Part shown: one piece after another, positions 16,761 to 25,577 of the stretch
How positions within the stretch are numbered: the first letter of the stretch is position 1
Layout of the letters: the number at the start of each line of letters is the position of its first letter
Assembly (NCBI GenBank): GCA_013152835.1
Contig: JAADFQ010000088.1
Span: forward strand, 1 to 63,568
From: FCB group bacterium
GTDB taxonomy: Bacteria > Fidelibacterota > Marinisomatia > Marinisomatales > J089
Direction: 5' to 3'
DNA: 63,568 nucleotides
The notes under the pieces: model-generated
Told to the model about the DNA's origin: nothing
The model's database searches: none
What the model saw: the letters and a program-made list of their open reading frames with translations, nothing else
Made by a program: the position numbers and the translations under genes

Positions 16761-17358
16761 TCGATTGCCGGAAAATCTGTCACAAATCGGTTTTTTAATA
16801 CAAAAAGATTCTAACCTGACTTTAATGGTAAAGGAATTATCGTTTATCGATTCCGGTATTATCACATCCCATTCCTGGGACGGTTTTAAAGCATTGGTTC
16901 AGTCCAAGACATTGTCACAGCTATTTGTGGAATATTCTGCTATCACCAATCCGCTCGGTATTTGTAAAAAAGTTCGTACAGTATCAGATCACACCGGTAT
17001 TGTACTCCTTTGTGATTATCAGCATTTAAATGATGTGTTTAAAGACGGCAATCCGGATATTGATGATATTTTATTAAAACCGGTTGGCGTCCGACAAATA
17101 TTATTTGCAATTCAAAAAATAAAACAAAATATGGAAGCCAGGTCTCAGGCAAATCACATGGCGGAAGAATTGCAATTTGCACGAACCCGGATGGAAGAGC
17201 TGGTTAAGCTGATCGATCAAAAATATCCGGGAGGACTGGAAGCTTTATCTTCGAGTAGTGGCTCTACATCCGCAGGCCCTTCCCGGGAAGGTGTTGAACG
17301 AAGATATACTCGGTTGCAGAGTGACCTTCCCAATGGTGAGGGTCGAAATCGTACTTGA
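16753..17358 (+). CDS. pseudo-receiver protein + coiled coil (start ATG 16753 overlapping the upstream stop, ATGAATAA)
   Basis: REC-like topology: IGFLIQKDS...LSQLFVEYSAI...GIVLLCDY...DDILLKPVGVRQILFAIQKI. Glu sits where the phospho-acceptor Asp is expected. By-eye alignment. Confidence 0.5.
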   Translation: MNNRLPENLSQIGFLIQKDSNLTLMVKELSFIDSGIITSHSWDGFKALVQSKTLSQLFVEYSAITNPLGICKKVRTVSDHTGIVLLCDYQHLNDVFKDGNPDIDDILLKPVGVRQILFAIQKIKQNMEARSQANHMAEELQFARTRMEELVKLIDQKYPGGLEALSSSSGSTSAGPSREGVERRYTRLQSDLPNGEGRNRT

Positions 17359-17387
17359 GAAATGAATCTCATTACAGGAGAGAAAAA

Positions 17388-18764
17388 ATGAGCAAGCGAC
17401 TGTTAATTGTAGATGATGACAATAGCATGCGTTCAATACTGCAGGAAGCGCTGGTTGGCGGTGCATATGATGTAAAAACTGCCAAGGATGGTGAATCAGC
17501 AATCCGGTTCATTGATTCCAACGATGTTGATTTGGTGATTACCGATCTCATGATGCCCGGAATTAATGGGCTGGAACTTATGATGACAGTACGGAAAAGT
17601 TACCCGGAGTTAGGATTTATTTTTATTACCGCATACGGTACTGTCGAAACCGCGGTAAAAGCCATGCATGAAGGCGCTTTTGATTTTATCACCAAACCAT
17701 TTTCAATTTCACAGATTGAGACCCGTGTAGAACGATATTTCAATATGGAGAATCTCCGAATCGAAAACCGGGAATTAAAACAAAAATTGTCCCTGGACCA
17801 ACGTTTCAAGAAGCTGGTCGGGAAAAATACGAATTTCCAGAAAATATTTGAACAGATCGATATTGTGTCCAAAAGTGATGTTCCCGTATTGATACAAGGT
17901 GAAAGCGGAACCGGGAAAGAGTTAATCGCGGGAGCCATTCATGAGGCCAGTAATCGATCCGGTGGGAAATACTTAAAAATTAACTGTTCCGCAATTCCGG
18001 ATACATTATTCGAAAGTACATTGTTTGGACATGAAAAAGGCGCCTTCACGAACGCTCATAAAGCGCATACAGGCTTATTTGAAGAAGCAGATGGCGGAAC
18101 CCTGCTTTTGGATGAAATCAGTGAAATGCCGGCGTTATTACAAGCCAAGCTCTTGCGGGTTCTTCAGGAAGGTGCCATCTCAAGAGTTGGTTCCAATAAA
18201 GAATTGGCCGTTGATACGAGGATTATTGCGACGACCAATCGAAATATTAAAGAAATTGTTGGTGGCGGTAAATTCAGATCCGATCTCTTTTTTCGGCTGA
18301 ATGTATTTCCGATCAAAGTTCCGCCGCTTCGAACCCGAAGAGACGATATTCCCGTGTTGGTCGATCATTTTATGAAAAAATACCAAAAGAAATATGGTTA
18401 CTCGGAGAAAGCCGTCGAACCGGAAGTAATGGAAGCTTTTCAGAATTATTACTGGCCGGGGAATGTCCGGCAATTAGAAAATATTTTAGAACGGGCTATC
18501 TTGTATTCTATGCAATCAAAATCGATAAAGCTGGCGGATATTTCATTTGAAACAGAAGTTTCTCAGAATAATTCGGAGCTGGGGAGTGACGAGGTGATGT
18601 CGATCCCTGAAATGGAAAAAAAACTCATCATCAGAACATTGAAACAGACAAAAAATAACCGCACGGAAGCAGCCCGTATCCTCGAAGTCAGTACACGCAC
18701 CTTGAGAAATAAGTTACACCAATATGAGGAAGAGAGTGGACCCATCGAAGGAGTGTCCGGGTAG
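17388..18764 (+). CDS. sigma54-dependent response regulator (NtrC/FlrC/FleR/FlgR class): REC + AAA+ + Fis-type HTH
   Basis: RLLIVDDD...DLVITDLMMPGINGLEL. Walker A is GESGTGKE. The sigma54-contact loop is GAFTNA. Also DGGTLLLDEI and the C-terminal NRTEAARILEVSTRTLRNKL. SD AGGAGAG lies before ATG 17388. Confidence 0.9.
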   Translation: MSKRLLIVDDDNSMRSILQEALVGGAYDVKTAKDGESAIRFIDSNDVDLVITDLMMPGINGLELMMTVRKSYPELGFIFITAYGTVETAVKAMHEGAFDFITKPFSISQIETRVERYFNMENLRIENRELKQKLSLDQRFKKLVGKNTNFQKIFEQIDIVSKSDVPVLIQGESGTGKELIAGAIHEASNRSGGKYLKINCSAIPDTLFESTLFGHEKGAFTNAHKAHTGLFEEADGGTLLLDEISEMPALLQAKLLRVLQEGAISRVGSNKELAVDTRIIATTNRNIKEIVGGGKFRSDLFFRLNVFPIKVPPLRTRRDDIPVLVDHFMKKYQKKYGYSEKAVEPEVMEAFQNYYWPGNVRQLENILERAILYSMQSKSIKLADISFETEVSQNNSELGSDEVMSIPEMEKKLIIRTLKQTKNNRTEAARILEVSTRTLRNKLHQYEEESGPIEGVSG

Positions 18765-18786
18765 GTACCCGTTCTTTTTCCCATTG

Positions 18787-18803
18787 CTGGAAATAATTTC
18801 CAG
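18787..18803. promoter_or_regulatory. perfect 17-nt palindrome CTGGAAAT-A-ATTTCCAG (candidate UAS)
   Basis: Read directly from the sequence. It has the same GGAAAW-N-WTTTCC core as 11708-11726 and lies about 150 nt upstream of the sigma54-like element at 18945. Confidence 0.45.
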
Positions 18804-18815
18804 ACTCCTTATTAT

Positions 18816-18845
18816 AATCCCCCTTTATCGGGGGATTTCCTTTAT
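18816..18845 (+). terminator. probable rho-independent terminator after the sigma54 activator operon
   Basis: Stem AATCCCCC/GGGGGATT (8 bp) with loop TTTATC, followed by TCCTTTAT. Confidence 0.55.
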
Positions 18846-18944
18846 GAAATACTAAGCGTACAATACCGATATATCTAGTAATAACAGAATATAACAGAAT
18901 AATACAATGAAATGTGATATCCGTTTTTAGACCGGCAGGAAATA

Positions 18945-18960
18945 TGGCACAAAAATTGTT
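18945..18960 (+). promoter_or_regulatory. sigma54-like promoter TGGCAC-N5-TTGTT upstream of flgB
   Basis: The -24 box is perfect, but the -12 box is GT instead of GC. The predicted start (~18971) would leave only a ~4-nt leader before the flgB ATG, which has no SD. Confidence 0.45.
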
Positions 18961-18974
18961 ACTTACGCAGTGTC

Positions 18975-19361
18975 ATGAAAATCAATTTATTCCAGACGCA
19001 GACGGCAAAAGTTTTCCAGGAAGCTGTAAAACTCTATCGGAAACAGTTCAATGCAATATCCAAAAATATTGCTAATGTAAATAATCCCAACTTTGTACGG
19101 GAATCCACTGATTTCGACTCAACACTGAGAACAATAAAGAGTAATGAAGCGGTTAAAACGTCCTCAAATAAACACATTACGAATCCTCACTTTTATGTAC
19201 AAAATGAGTTGGGATCATCCGATAAAAAGGACCAGTCCGTAGACCTGACCAAGGAAATGACTGCATTGGCGGAAAACCAGGTTAAGTACGAATTTGCCAC
19301 ACGATTCTTAAATCGGTACTATTCCGGGTTAAGCCAGGCGATAACCGGAAGGCCACGATAA
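18975..19361 (+). CDS. flgB: flagellar proximal rod protein FlgB
   Basis: NAISKNIANVNNPNF and the C-terminal EMTALAENQVKYEFATRFL. Confidence 0.9.
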   Translation: MKINLFQTQTAKVFQEAVKLYRKQFNAISKNIANVNNPNFVRESTDFDSTLRTIKSNEAVKTSSNKHITNPHFYVQNELGSSDKKDQSVDLTKEMTALAENQVKYEFATRFLNRYYSGLSQAITGRPR

Positions 19362-19367
19362 TCGATC

Positions 19368-19862
19368 ATGAAGATGGACGGTATATTCTCCAGCATGAGA
19401 AACACATTTGTCGGTTTATCGGCACAGATGAAGCGTTTGAATGTGATTTCGGAGAATGTGGCTAACGCTAATCGGGTCGCTGATCCGAATGGGGATGTGT
19501 ATAAGAAAAAACGAGTGCTGGAAACGGGGGGACGATCCGCAAAACCATTATCCTTTACTGATCATATGACTCTGTCCCTTGCCCGATCCAGGAAAAATCA
19601 TATTCAGCAATCATCCCAAAACCAAAATTTTTCAATCGGACGTAAAGACCCTATGCCCTTTAAAGTCATTGAAGTAGACGGAGAACGCAAAATATTTGAT
19701 CCTTCCAATCCCAAGGCCGATCAACAGGGTTATGTGCGTATGCCGGAAATTAATGTTGTCGAAGAAATGGTCAATATGGTCAATGCCAGCCGGAGTTTTG
19801 AAGCCAATGTGAATGTCCTTGATGCGGCAAAACAGATGGCCAAGAAGGCCTTGGAAATATAA
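19368..19862 (+). CDS. flgC: flagellar proximal rod protein FlgC
   Basis: LNVISENVANANR...GYVRMPEINVVEEMVNMVNASRSFEANVNVL. Confidence 0.95.
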   Translation: MKMDGIFSSMRNTFVGLSAQMKRLNVISENVANANRVADPNGDVYKKKRVLETGGRSAKPLSFTDHMTLSLARSRKNHIQQSSQNQNFSIGRKDPMPFKVIEVDGERKIFDPSNPKADQQGYVRMPEINVVEEMVNMVNASRSFEANVNVLDAAKQMAKKALEI

Positions 19863-19864
19863 TT

Positions 19865-20158
19865 ATGAATACAATCGTCCCCTCGGTAAACCCCTATCTT
19901 GTTGAACAGGCAATCAATCAGCGTTCCGCGATGATCCCGGGACCAACTGGTTCGCCGGCTGGTGATCAGGTCGATTTTACGGAGCAGAGCCTGTTTCCTG
20001 AATTGAAACCGAGTTCACCGAAGACGATACTGAGTCAGAAAGAAATGGCAACACTTTCAATGCTTTTCGGATCGGCGAAACCGGAAGAATTAACCCTTTA
20101 TGGACATGCTCAAATTCAATCCATCCATAAAGGACATCTTATCGATATAAAAGGATAG
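19865..20158 (+). CDS. hypothetical 97-aa protein inserted between flgC and fliE
   Basis: The gaps to both neighbours are 2 nt and 4 nt, on the same strand. No family is recognisable (MNTIVPSVNPYLVEQAINQRS...LYGHAQIQSIHKGHLIDIKG). Confidence 0.55.
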   Translation: MNTIVPSVNPYLVEQAINQRSAMIPGPTGSPAGDQVDFTEQSLFPELKPSSPKTILSQKEMATLSMLFGSAKPEELTLYGHAQIQSIHKGHLIDIKG

Positions 20159-20162
20159 ACCC

Positions 20163-20480
20163 ATGTCAGGAATTCAATCGGTACAAAACACGGCCTTAGT
20201 AAAGAACCTGGATCAGCTTACCTCAACAAATAGTGGAAAAAAATCTGAAAAAGGGGAACAACCGAATTTTGCCGGGATGGTGAAAAATTTTCTGGAAACG
20301 GTAAACGCAAATCAACAAAAAGCCGGCGCAATGGCCCAGGAAGTTGTGGAAGGAAAAACGGATAGTCTGGTGGAACCGATGGTGGCGATGGAAGAATCAC
20401 GACTCAGTTTTCAATTAATGTTGGAAGTCCGCAATCGAGTCCTGGAGTCATTAAAAGAAGTTCAAAGAATGCCCGTGTAA
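20163..20480 (+). CDS. fliE: flagellar hook-basal body protein FliE
   Basis: FAGMVKNFLETVNANQQKA...VAMEESRLSFQLMLEVRNRVLESLKEVQRMPV. Confidence 0.9.
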   Translation: MSGIQSVQNTALVKNLDQLTSTNSGKKSEKGEQPNFAGMVKNFLETVNANQQKAGAMAQEVVEGKTDSLVEPMVAMEESRLSFQLMLEVRNRVLESLKEVQRMPV

Positions 20481-20494
20481 TTCAGGATTAACAA

Positions 20495-22093
20495 ATGAAT
20501 CAATTCTTTACAAATTTAGGGAATATTTTACGGAATTATTCGCCCATTCAACGCATACTTATGGTGGTTGTATTTCTGGCTATGATATCTTCCTCTATTG
20601 CTCTCGTATTCTGGGCCAATCGCCCGGAGTATCAATTATTATACTCTGATCTGGAACCATCCAATGCCAGTAAGATTGTCAGCGAATTGCAGGGAATGAA
20701 AATTCCCTATACTATACAGGATAACGGACATTCCGTTTTGGTTCCGGCGGATAACGTAGCCGATTTACGTCTGCGTTTTGTGGATATGGGGCTGGCCGGT
20801 CAACCGGTAAACGGTTATGAAATCTTTGATGATTCCAAGATCGGAATGACAACATTTATGCAGCAGCTCAATATGCGCAGAGCATTAGAAGGTGAACTGA
20901 CCAAAACGATAAATCAATTTCCGGGTATCAAACACAGCCGGGTTCACATTGTATTGCCCGAAAATCAATTATTTGAACAAGAAAATAATGGTTCGGCGAG
21001 TGTGGTCCTTTACTTGAATCCTGGGCATTCACTGGGGCGTGAACAGGTCAAGGGGATTGCGGCTCTGGTGGCTAATAGCGTTCAGGGAATCGAACCGGAA
21101 AAAGTAGTCGTTGTGGATTCGGAAGGGAGAATGCTGACGGAAGCGAATGGTAGTGAATCAAACTTCGCCGCCAATTCTCAATGGGAAATGCGCCACGCCA
21201 TTGAAATGAAACTCCAGCAGAAAGTCTGTAATCTGTTGGAAGGGGTTGTGGGACCTCAAAATGCCATTGTTCAAATTTCTGCAGATTTAAATTTTGAGAA
21301 AATCGAACGAACCAGTGAAATCTATGATCCGGAAAATGTTGCTATTATTAGTGAGGAACGACATTCAGGATCAACCCGGGACCAGGACTCCCTGAATTCC
21401 ACGAACCAGATTCAGGAGAATGAAGATGTAATTACCAACTATGAAATTAATAAAACGGTGGAACATTATGTTGGAAATAGCGGAACGGTAAACCGGCTGA
21501 CAGTAGCAGTCTTAGTGAATGGATCATACAAAGCTGCGACCGATGAAAATGGCGAGGAAATTCAAGAATATGTTGCTCGTTCCAAACAGGAATTATCTCA
21601 GTTGGAAGCACTGGTGAAAAGTGCAGTCGGCTACGATTCCGAACGGGGTGATTTAGTGGAGGTTCGCAATTTACCGTTTGAAAATCCTGGCATCGAGGAT
21701 GACTTGGAATATTTCAAATCAGCAGATAAACAGGCTATGTGGGCCAGCGTAATTGACAAGGGAATTCTCGGTTTGGGTTTATTAATCGCATTTTTCTTCG
21801 TTCGTACATTGCTTAAATCTGCCAGTCAGACATTACAATTTTCTTTTGGTCCCAATGCTCAGCCATTAGAGGGGGGTAACGAAAAACAGGATCAATTAGA
21901 AGAAAGTGAGCCGGTTCCTGAATTGCCTGATAATACCTATCTAAATAAACTTTCTCCCGAAGCCCAAGCGCGGTTAAAGGCGAAGGGCTTGATGACCGAA
22001 GAGGTCATTAAACATGCACAGGAAAATCCCGAAGATTCAGCGAAATTGATTCGCTCATGGCTAACCCGACCGGTATTAGAGTCTGAGGAATAG
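20495..22093 (+). CDS. fliF: flagellar MS-ring protein FliF
   Basis: N-terminal TM segment, LYSDLEPSNASKIVSELQGMKIPY, MRRALEGELTKTI, a second TM segment, and a C-terminal FliG-binding tail. Confidence 0.95.
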   Translation: MNQFFTNLGNILRNYSPIQRILMVVVFLAMISSSIALVFWANRPEYQLLYSDLEPSNASKIVSELQGMKIPYTIQDNGHSVLVPADNVADLRLRFVDMGLAGQPVNGYEIFDDSKIGMTTFMQQLNMRRALEGELTKTINQFPGIKHSRVHIVLPENQLFEQENNGSASVVLYLNPGHSLGREQVKGIAALVANSVQGIEPEKVVVVDSEGRMLTEANGSESNFAANSQWEMRHAIEMKLQQKVCNLLEGVVGPQNAIVQISADLNFEKIERTSEIYDPENVAIISEERHSGSTRDQDSLNSTNQIQENEDVITNYEINKTVEHYVGNSGTVNRLTVAVLVNGSYKAATDENGEEIQEYVARSKQELSQLEALVKSAVGYDSERGDLVEVRNLPFENPGIEDDLEYFKSADKQAMWASVIDKGILGLGLLIAFFFVRTLLKSASQTLQFSFGPNAQPLEGGNEKQDQLEESEPVPELPDNTYLNKLSPEAQARLKAKGLMTEEVIKHAQENPEDSAKLIRSWLTRPVLESEE

Positions 22094-23110
22094 ATGGCCT
22101 CTATTAGCAATATTACCCCTATACAGAAATCAGCATTAGTAATGATTGCCATCGGGATGGAAAATGCATCAAAGGTCATGAAAAATCTTTCCGAAAAAGA
22201 AGTCGAGGAGATTACTATCGAAATTGCCCGAATGAAAGATATTCCCTCGGATATCACCGGTGAAGTCATCGAGGAATATTATCAGATGATGCAGGCCAAG
22301 GAGTTCATTATTCAGGGTGGTGTGGAATATGCCAAGGAAGTATTGGACAACGCCTGGGGGACTAAAAAATCGATGGAAATCATGAAAAAAGTGGAGGCGG
22401 TGACCGAGGTAAGCGCGTTTTATCTATTGCAGACTGTTGACAACAACCAGCTTATCAGCTTCCTGCAAAACGAACATCCCCAGACGGTAGCCTTAATACT
22501 GGCCTACCTAAAACCACCCCAGGCGGCGACGATTTTATCAGATTTACCTGAGGACCGACAGGCAGAAATTACATATCGACTGGCTACGATGCAGAAAACA
22601 GCTCCTGAATTCATCGAAGATATCGAAAATGTACTGCGGGATCAGATGGGCTCTGTTTTTGGTGGCGGACAATTAAGTTCCACCGGAGGCGCAGAGGCGG
22701 TAGCCGAAATATTGAACTCCACCAGTCGAGCCTCTGAAAAAAATATCATGGATTCTCTTCGGGAGCGGGACCCGAAACTATATGATGAAATCACCAGTCT
22801 CATGTTTTTATTCGAGGATATTATTGGTTTGTCTGACCAGGCAATTCAGCGGATTATCAAGGGCGTTGAATCCAAAACTGTTGCCTTGGCCATGAAAGCA
22901 ACATCGGACGAGTTGAAAGAAAAAATATTTAAAAATATGTCCGAACGTGCCGCTGAAATGTTACGCGATGAACTTCAGTACATAGGACCGGTTCGGGTTC
23001 GCGAAGTAGAGGAAGCTCAAAAACAGATCCTGGATGTGGTTCGGCAATTAGAAGAAGCTGGTGAAATCACCATAGGTCATGGCGGTGAGGATGAGGAGAT
23101 AATCGATTAA
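22094..23110 (+). CDS. fliG: flagellar motor switch protein FliG
   Basis: ALVMIAIGMENASKVMKNL...EHPQTVALILAYL...MFLFEDI...ERAAEMLRDEL. Confidence 0.95.
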   Translation: MASISNITPIQKSALVMIAIGMENASKVMKNLSEKEVEEITIEIARMKDIPSDITGEVIEEYYQMMQAKEFIIQGGVEYAKEVLDNAWGTKKSMEIMKKVEAVTEVSAFYLLQTVDNNQLISFLQNEHPQTVALILAYLKPPQAATILSDLPEDRQAEITYRLATMQKTAPEFIEDIENVLRDQMGSVFGGGQLSSTGGAEAVAEILNSTSRASEKNIMDSLRERDPKLYDEITSLMFLFEDIIGLSDQAIQRIIKGVESKTVALAMKATSDELKEKIFKNMSERAAEMLRDELQYIGPVRVREVEEAQKQILDVVRQLEEAGEITIGHGGEDEEIID

Positions 23111-23820
23111 TGGCTGTTCTGAAAGTCCCATTAAATCAACCAATCAAAGGAATTCATTCTTTCAAGGAATTACCGACCTTACCGGGCTCTTTTTCTAATC
23201 CCGGAAGCGGTTCCTTTGATGATTTGGAGTCACTTGATTATGGTATCAATGCCCGGCAGGCAATCAACCATTTACGGAACCAGGTCAAAGTCTTGGAAGC
23301 GGCACTCCAACGGGCCCGGGAAGATTCTTATAAAGCGGGGTACGATGAAGCCCGGTTTATTGTCGAGCGTCGTTTTCGGGAAGATATCTCGGGATTACAG
23401 AATACATACGATGCAATGGTTGGCTCTTTAAAATCAAAATATGACCAATCCCTGGAATCGCTCAGTACTCCCCTGGCGCAATTTGCTCTCCAAATTGCGG
23501 AAAAAGTATTGAATAAAACGTTGCGTGATACCGATTCGCAGAATGAGTTCCTGATCTCCCAATTGCAACGCTTTATGAAAGATGCGGCTTCACAGTCCAG
23601 GTTTATTGTTAAAGTGAATCCCCGGCAATTGAGCTGGATTACGTCGGAAAAAAACACCTTGAAAAATCGCCCCCTTGGAAGTCAGTTAACCTTTGTACCT
23701 GACGAAAACCTTCAACCGGGCGAATGTATCGTTGAAACGGATACGGCCATTATCCAGGGCTTGATTTCAGACTACCTCGACCACATTTCACAGCATCTCT
23801 TTGATGGAGATAGCCGATGA
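23110..23820 (+). CDS. fliH: flagellar export apparatus protein FliH
   Basis: Position between fliG and fliI, plus a coiled-coil and FliH-like C-terminus (CIVETDTAIIQGLISDYL). Confidence 0.8.
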   Translation: MAVLKVPLNQPIKGIHSFKELPTLPGSFSNPGSGSFDDLESLDYGINARQAINHLRNQVKVLEAALQRAREDSYKAGYDEARFIVERRFREDISGLQNTYDAMVGSLKSKYDQSLESLSTPLAQFALQIAEKVLNKTLRDTDSQNEFLISQLQRFMKDAASQSRFIVKVNPRQLSWITSEKNTLKNRPLGSQLTFVPDENLQPGECIVETDTAIIQGLISDYLDHISQHLFDGDSR

Positions 23821-25133
23821 ATACCCTGCTTACAAATCTTACCCACCACCAGGATCAGTTGGGGTTCATTCCGGATTATCGTGTCGATGGGAAAGTCACC
23901 CGAATCGTCGGTCTGGTTGTGGAAGCATCTCTGGGCACCGGATCCGTAGGCGATTTATGTACGATTTGTACTCCCGATAATTCAACTATTCTGGCTGAGA
24001 TTGTCGGTTTTAATGATCAAAATGTTCTCCTGATGCCACTCCAGGAAACCATCGGATTGGCCATCGGAAGTCGTGTCCGTCGTTGTCCACAACCGCTTTC
24101 TGCGCCCGTCGGTCCGGAACTGTTAGGCCGCGTAGTGGACGGATTGGGAAATCCGATTGATGGTAAGGGTCCGCTTATCACGGAACGATGGATTCCGGTA
24201 CATAATCATCCGCCGAACCCGCTGACACGTCGTCGCATATCCGAAGTTTTGGAAACCGGGATTCGTGCCATCGACGGGTTGATTACTATTGGTAAAGGTC
24301 AGCGTGTCGGGATTTTTGCCGGCAGCGGTGTGGGGAAGAGCGTTCTACTGGGTATGATATCGAGGTATACAAGTGCAGATATCAATGTTATCGCTTTGAT
24401 TGGAGAACGAGGCCGGGAGGTTCGTGAATTTATTGAACGCGATTTGGGTCCGGAAGGGTTGCGTCGTTCGGTTGTAGTTGTGGCGACATCCGATCAGGCG
24501 GCAATGGTCCGTGTGAAAGGCGCCTTGCTGGCTACTGCGATTGCTGAATATTTTCGTGATCAGAAACTGGATGTTCTTTTGCTGATGGATTCCCTGACGC
24601 GATTTGCCATGGCGCAGCGTGAAATCGGTCTTGCGATTGGGGAACCACCCACAACCAAGGGATATACACCATCCGTATTTGCTCTGTTGCCACAACTTTT
24701 GGAACGTGCAGGCAATGATAAAGATGGAAGTATTTCCGGTTTATATACGGTCCTTGTAGAAGGTGATGATCTGGATGAGCCGATCAGTGATGCAGCACGA
24801 GCAATCCTGGACGGACATATAATACTTTCGCGAAAAATAGCCCAGAAGGGCCATTATCCGGCCGTTGATGTATTGGAGAGTATCAGCAGATTGCGAACAG
24901 AGATTGTCTCCAAAGATATTCTGAATAAATCCGATCAAATGTTAGAATTGCTGGCCAGTTATCGCGAGGCTGAAGATTTAATTTCAATCGGCGCCTATTC
25001 AAACGGGAGCAACCCGAAAGTAGACGAAGCCCTCCGTTTACAGGATGGGATGGAAGGATTCCTGCGTCAAGAAATGGATGAAGAATCCACTTTCGAACAA
25101 ACACTGAATCATTTAAAACAAGTCATGGGGTAG
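23817..25133 (+). CDS. fliI: flagellum-specific ATPase FliI
   Basis: Walker A GSGVGKS, Walker B LLLMDSLTR, and the F1-ATPase-like fold pattern. Confidence 0.97.
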   Translation: MNTLLTNLTHHQDQLGFIPDYRVDGKVTRIVGLVVEASLGTGSVGDLCTICTPDNSTILAEIVGFNDQNVLLMPLQETIGLAIGSRVRRCPQPLSAPVGPELLGRVVDGLGNPIDGKGPLITERWIPVHNHPPNPLTRRRISEVLETGIRAIDGLITIGKGQRVGIFAGSGVGKSVLLGMISRYTSADINVIALIGERGREVREFIERDLGPEGLRRSVVVVATSDQAAMVRVKGALLATAIAEYFRDQKLDVLLLMDSLTRFAMAQREIGLAIGEPPTTKGYTPSVFALLPQLLERAGNDKDGSISGLYTVLVEGDDLDEPISDAARAILDGHIILSRKIAQKGHYPAVDVLESISRLRTEIVSKDILNKSDQMLELLASYREAEDLISIGAYSNGSNPKVDEALRLQDGMEGFLRQEMDEESTFEQTLNHLKQVMG

Positions 25134-25135
25134 GC

Positions 25136-25576
25136 GTGGCGGTAAAATTTCATTTTACGCTGGAAAAAATTCTTCAACTGCGACAAGCATTGGAAAACAA
25201 TCGTGCTGTAGAGCTGGAACGATCCCACAGGAAACTGGCCCATGAACTGGATTCCCTGGATGCCATTAAGACTAAAAAAGAAAAACAGTTAAATCCGGAT
25301 AAACAACAGAACCAGCAATTGAATTTATTTAGCCTGGCTATTTCGGGTAGTTACCTGGAATCGCTGAATAACGGATTGGAAGAGCAGACCAGACGGGTCA
25401 ATAAATCCAGAGAGAAGGTTGAAAAAAATCGTGAAGGTTTACTAAAAGCATGCCGGGAAAAAAAGGTACTGGAAACATTAAAGAATAAGCGGTTTGAAGA
25501 ATATAAACATGACGCCAAAAAGAAAGAAATCCTGTTATCATCTGAAATTGCACTACGAATGGGAATGAACAAATAG
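25136..25576 (+). CDS. fliJ: flagellar export chaperone FliJ
   Basis: 146-aa coiled coil with a GTG start: FTLEKILQLRQALENNRAVELERS. It lies immediately after fliI. Confidence 0.8.
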   Translation: MAVKFHFTLEKILQLRQALENNRAVELERSHRKLAHELDSLDAIKTKKEKQLNPDKQQNQQLNLFSLAISGSYLESLNNGLEEQTRRVNKSREKVEKNREGLLKACREKKVLETLKNKRFEEYKHDAKKKEILLSSEIALRMGMNK

Positions 25577-25577
25577 C

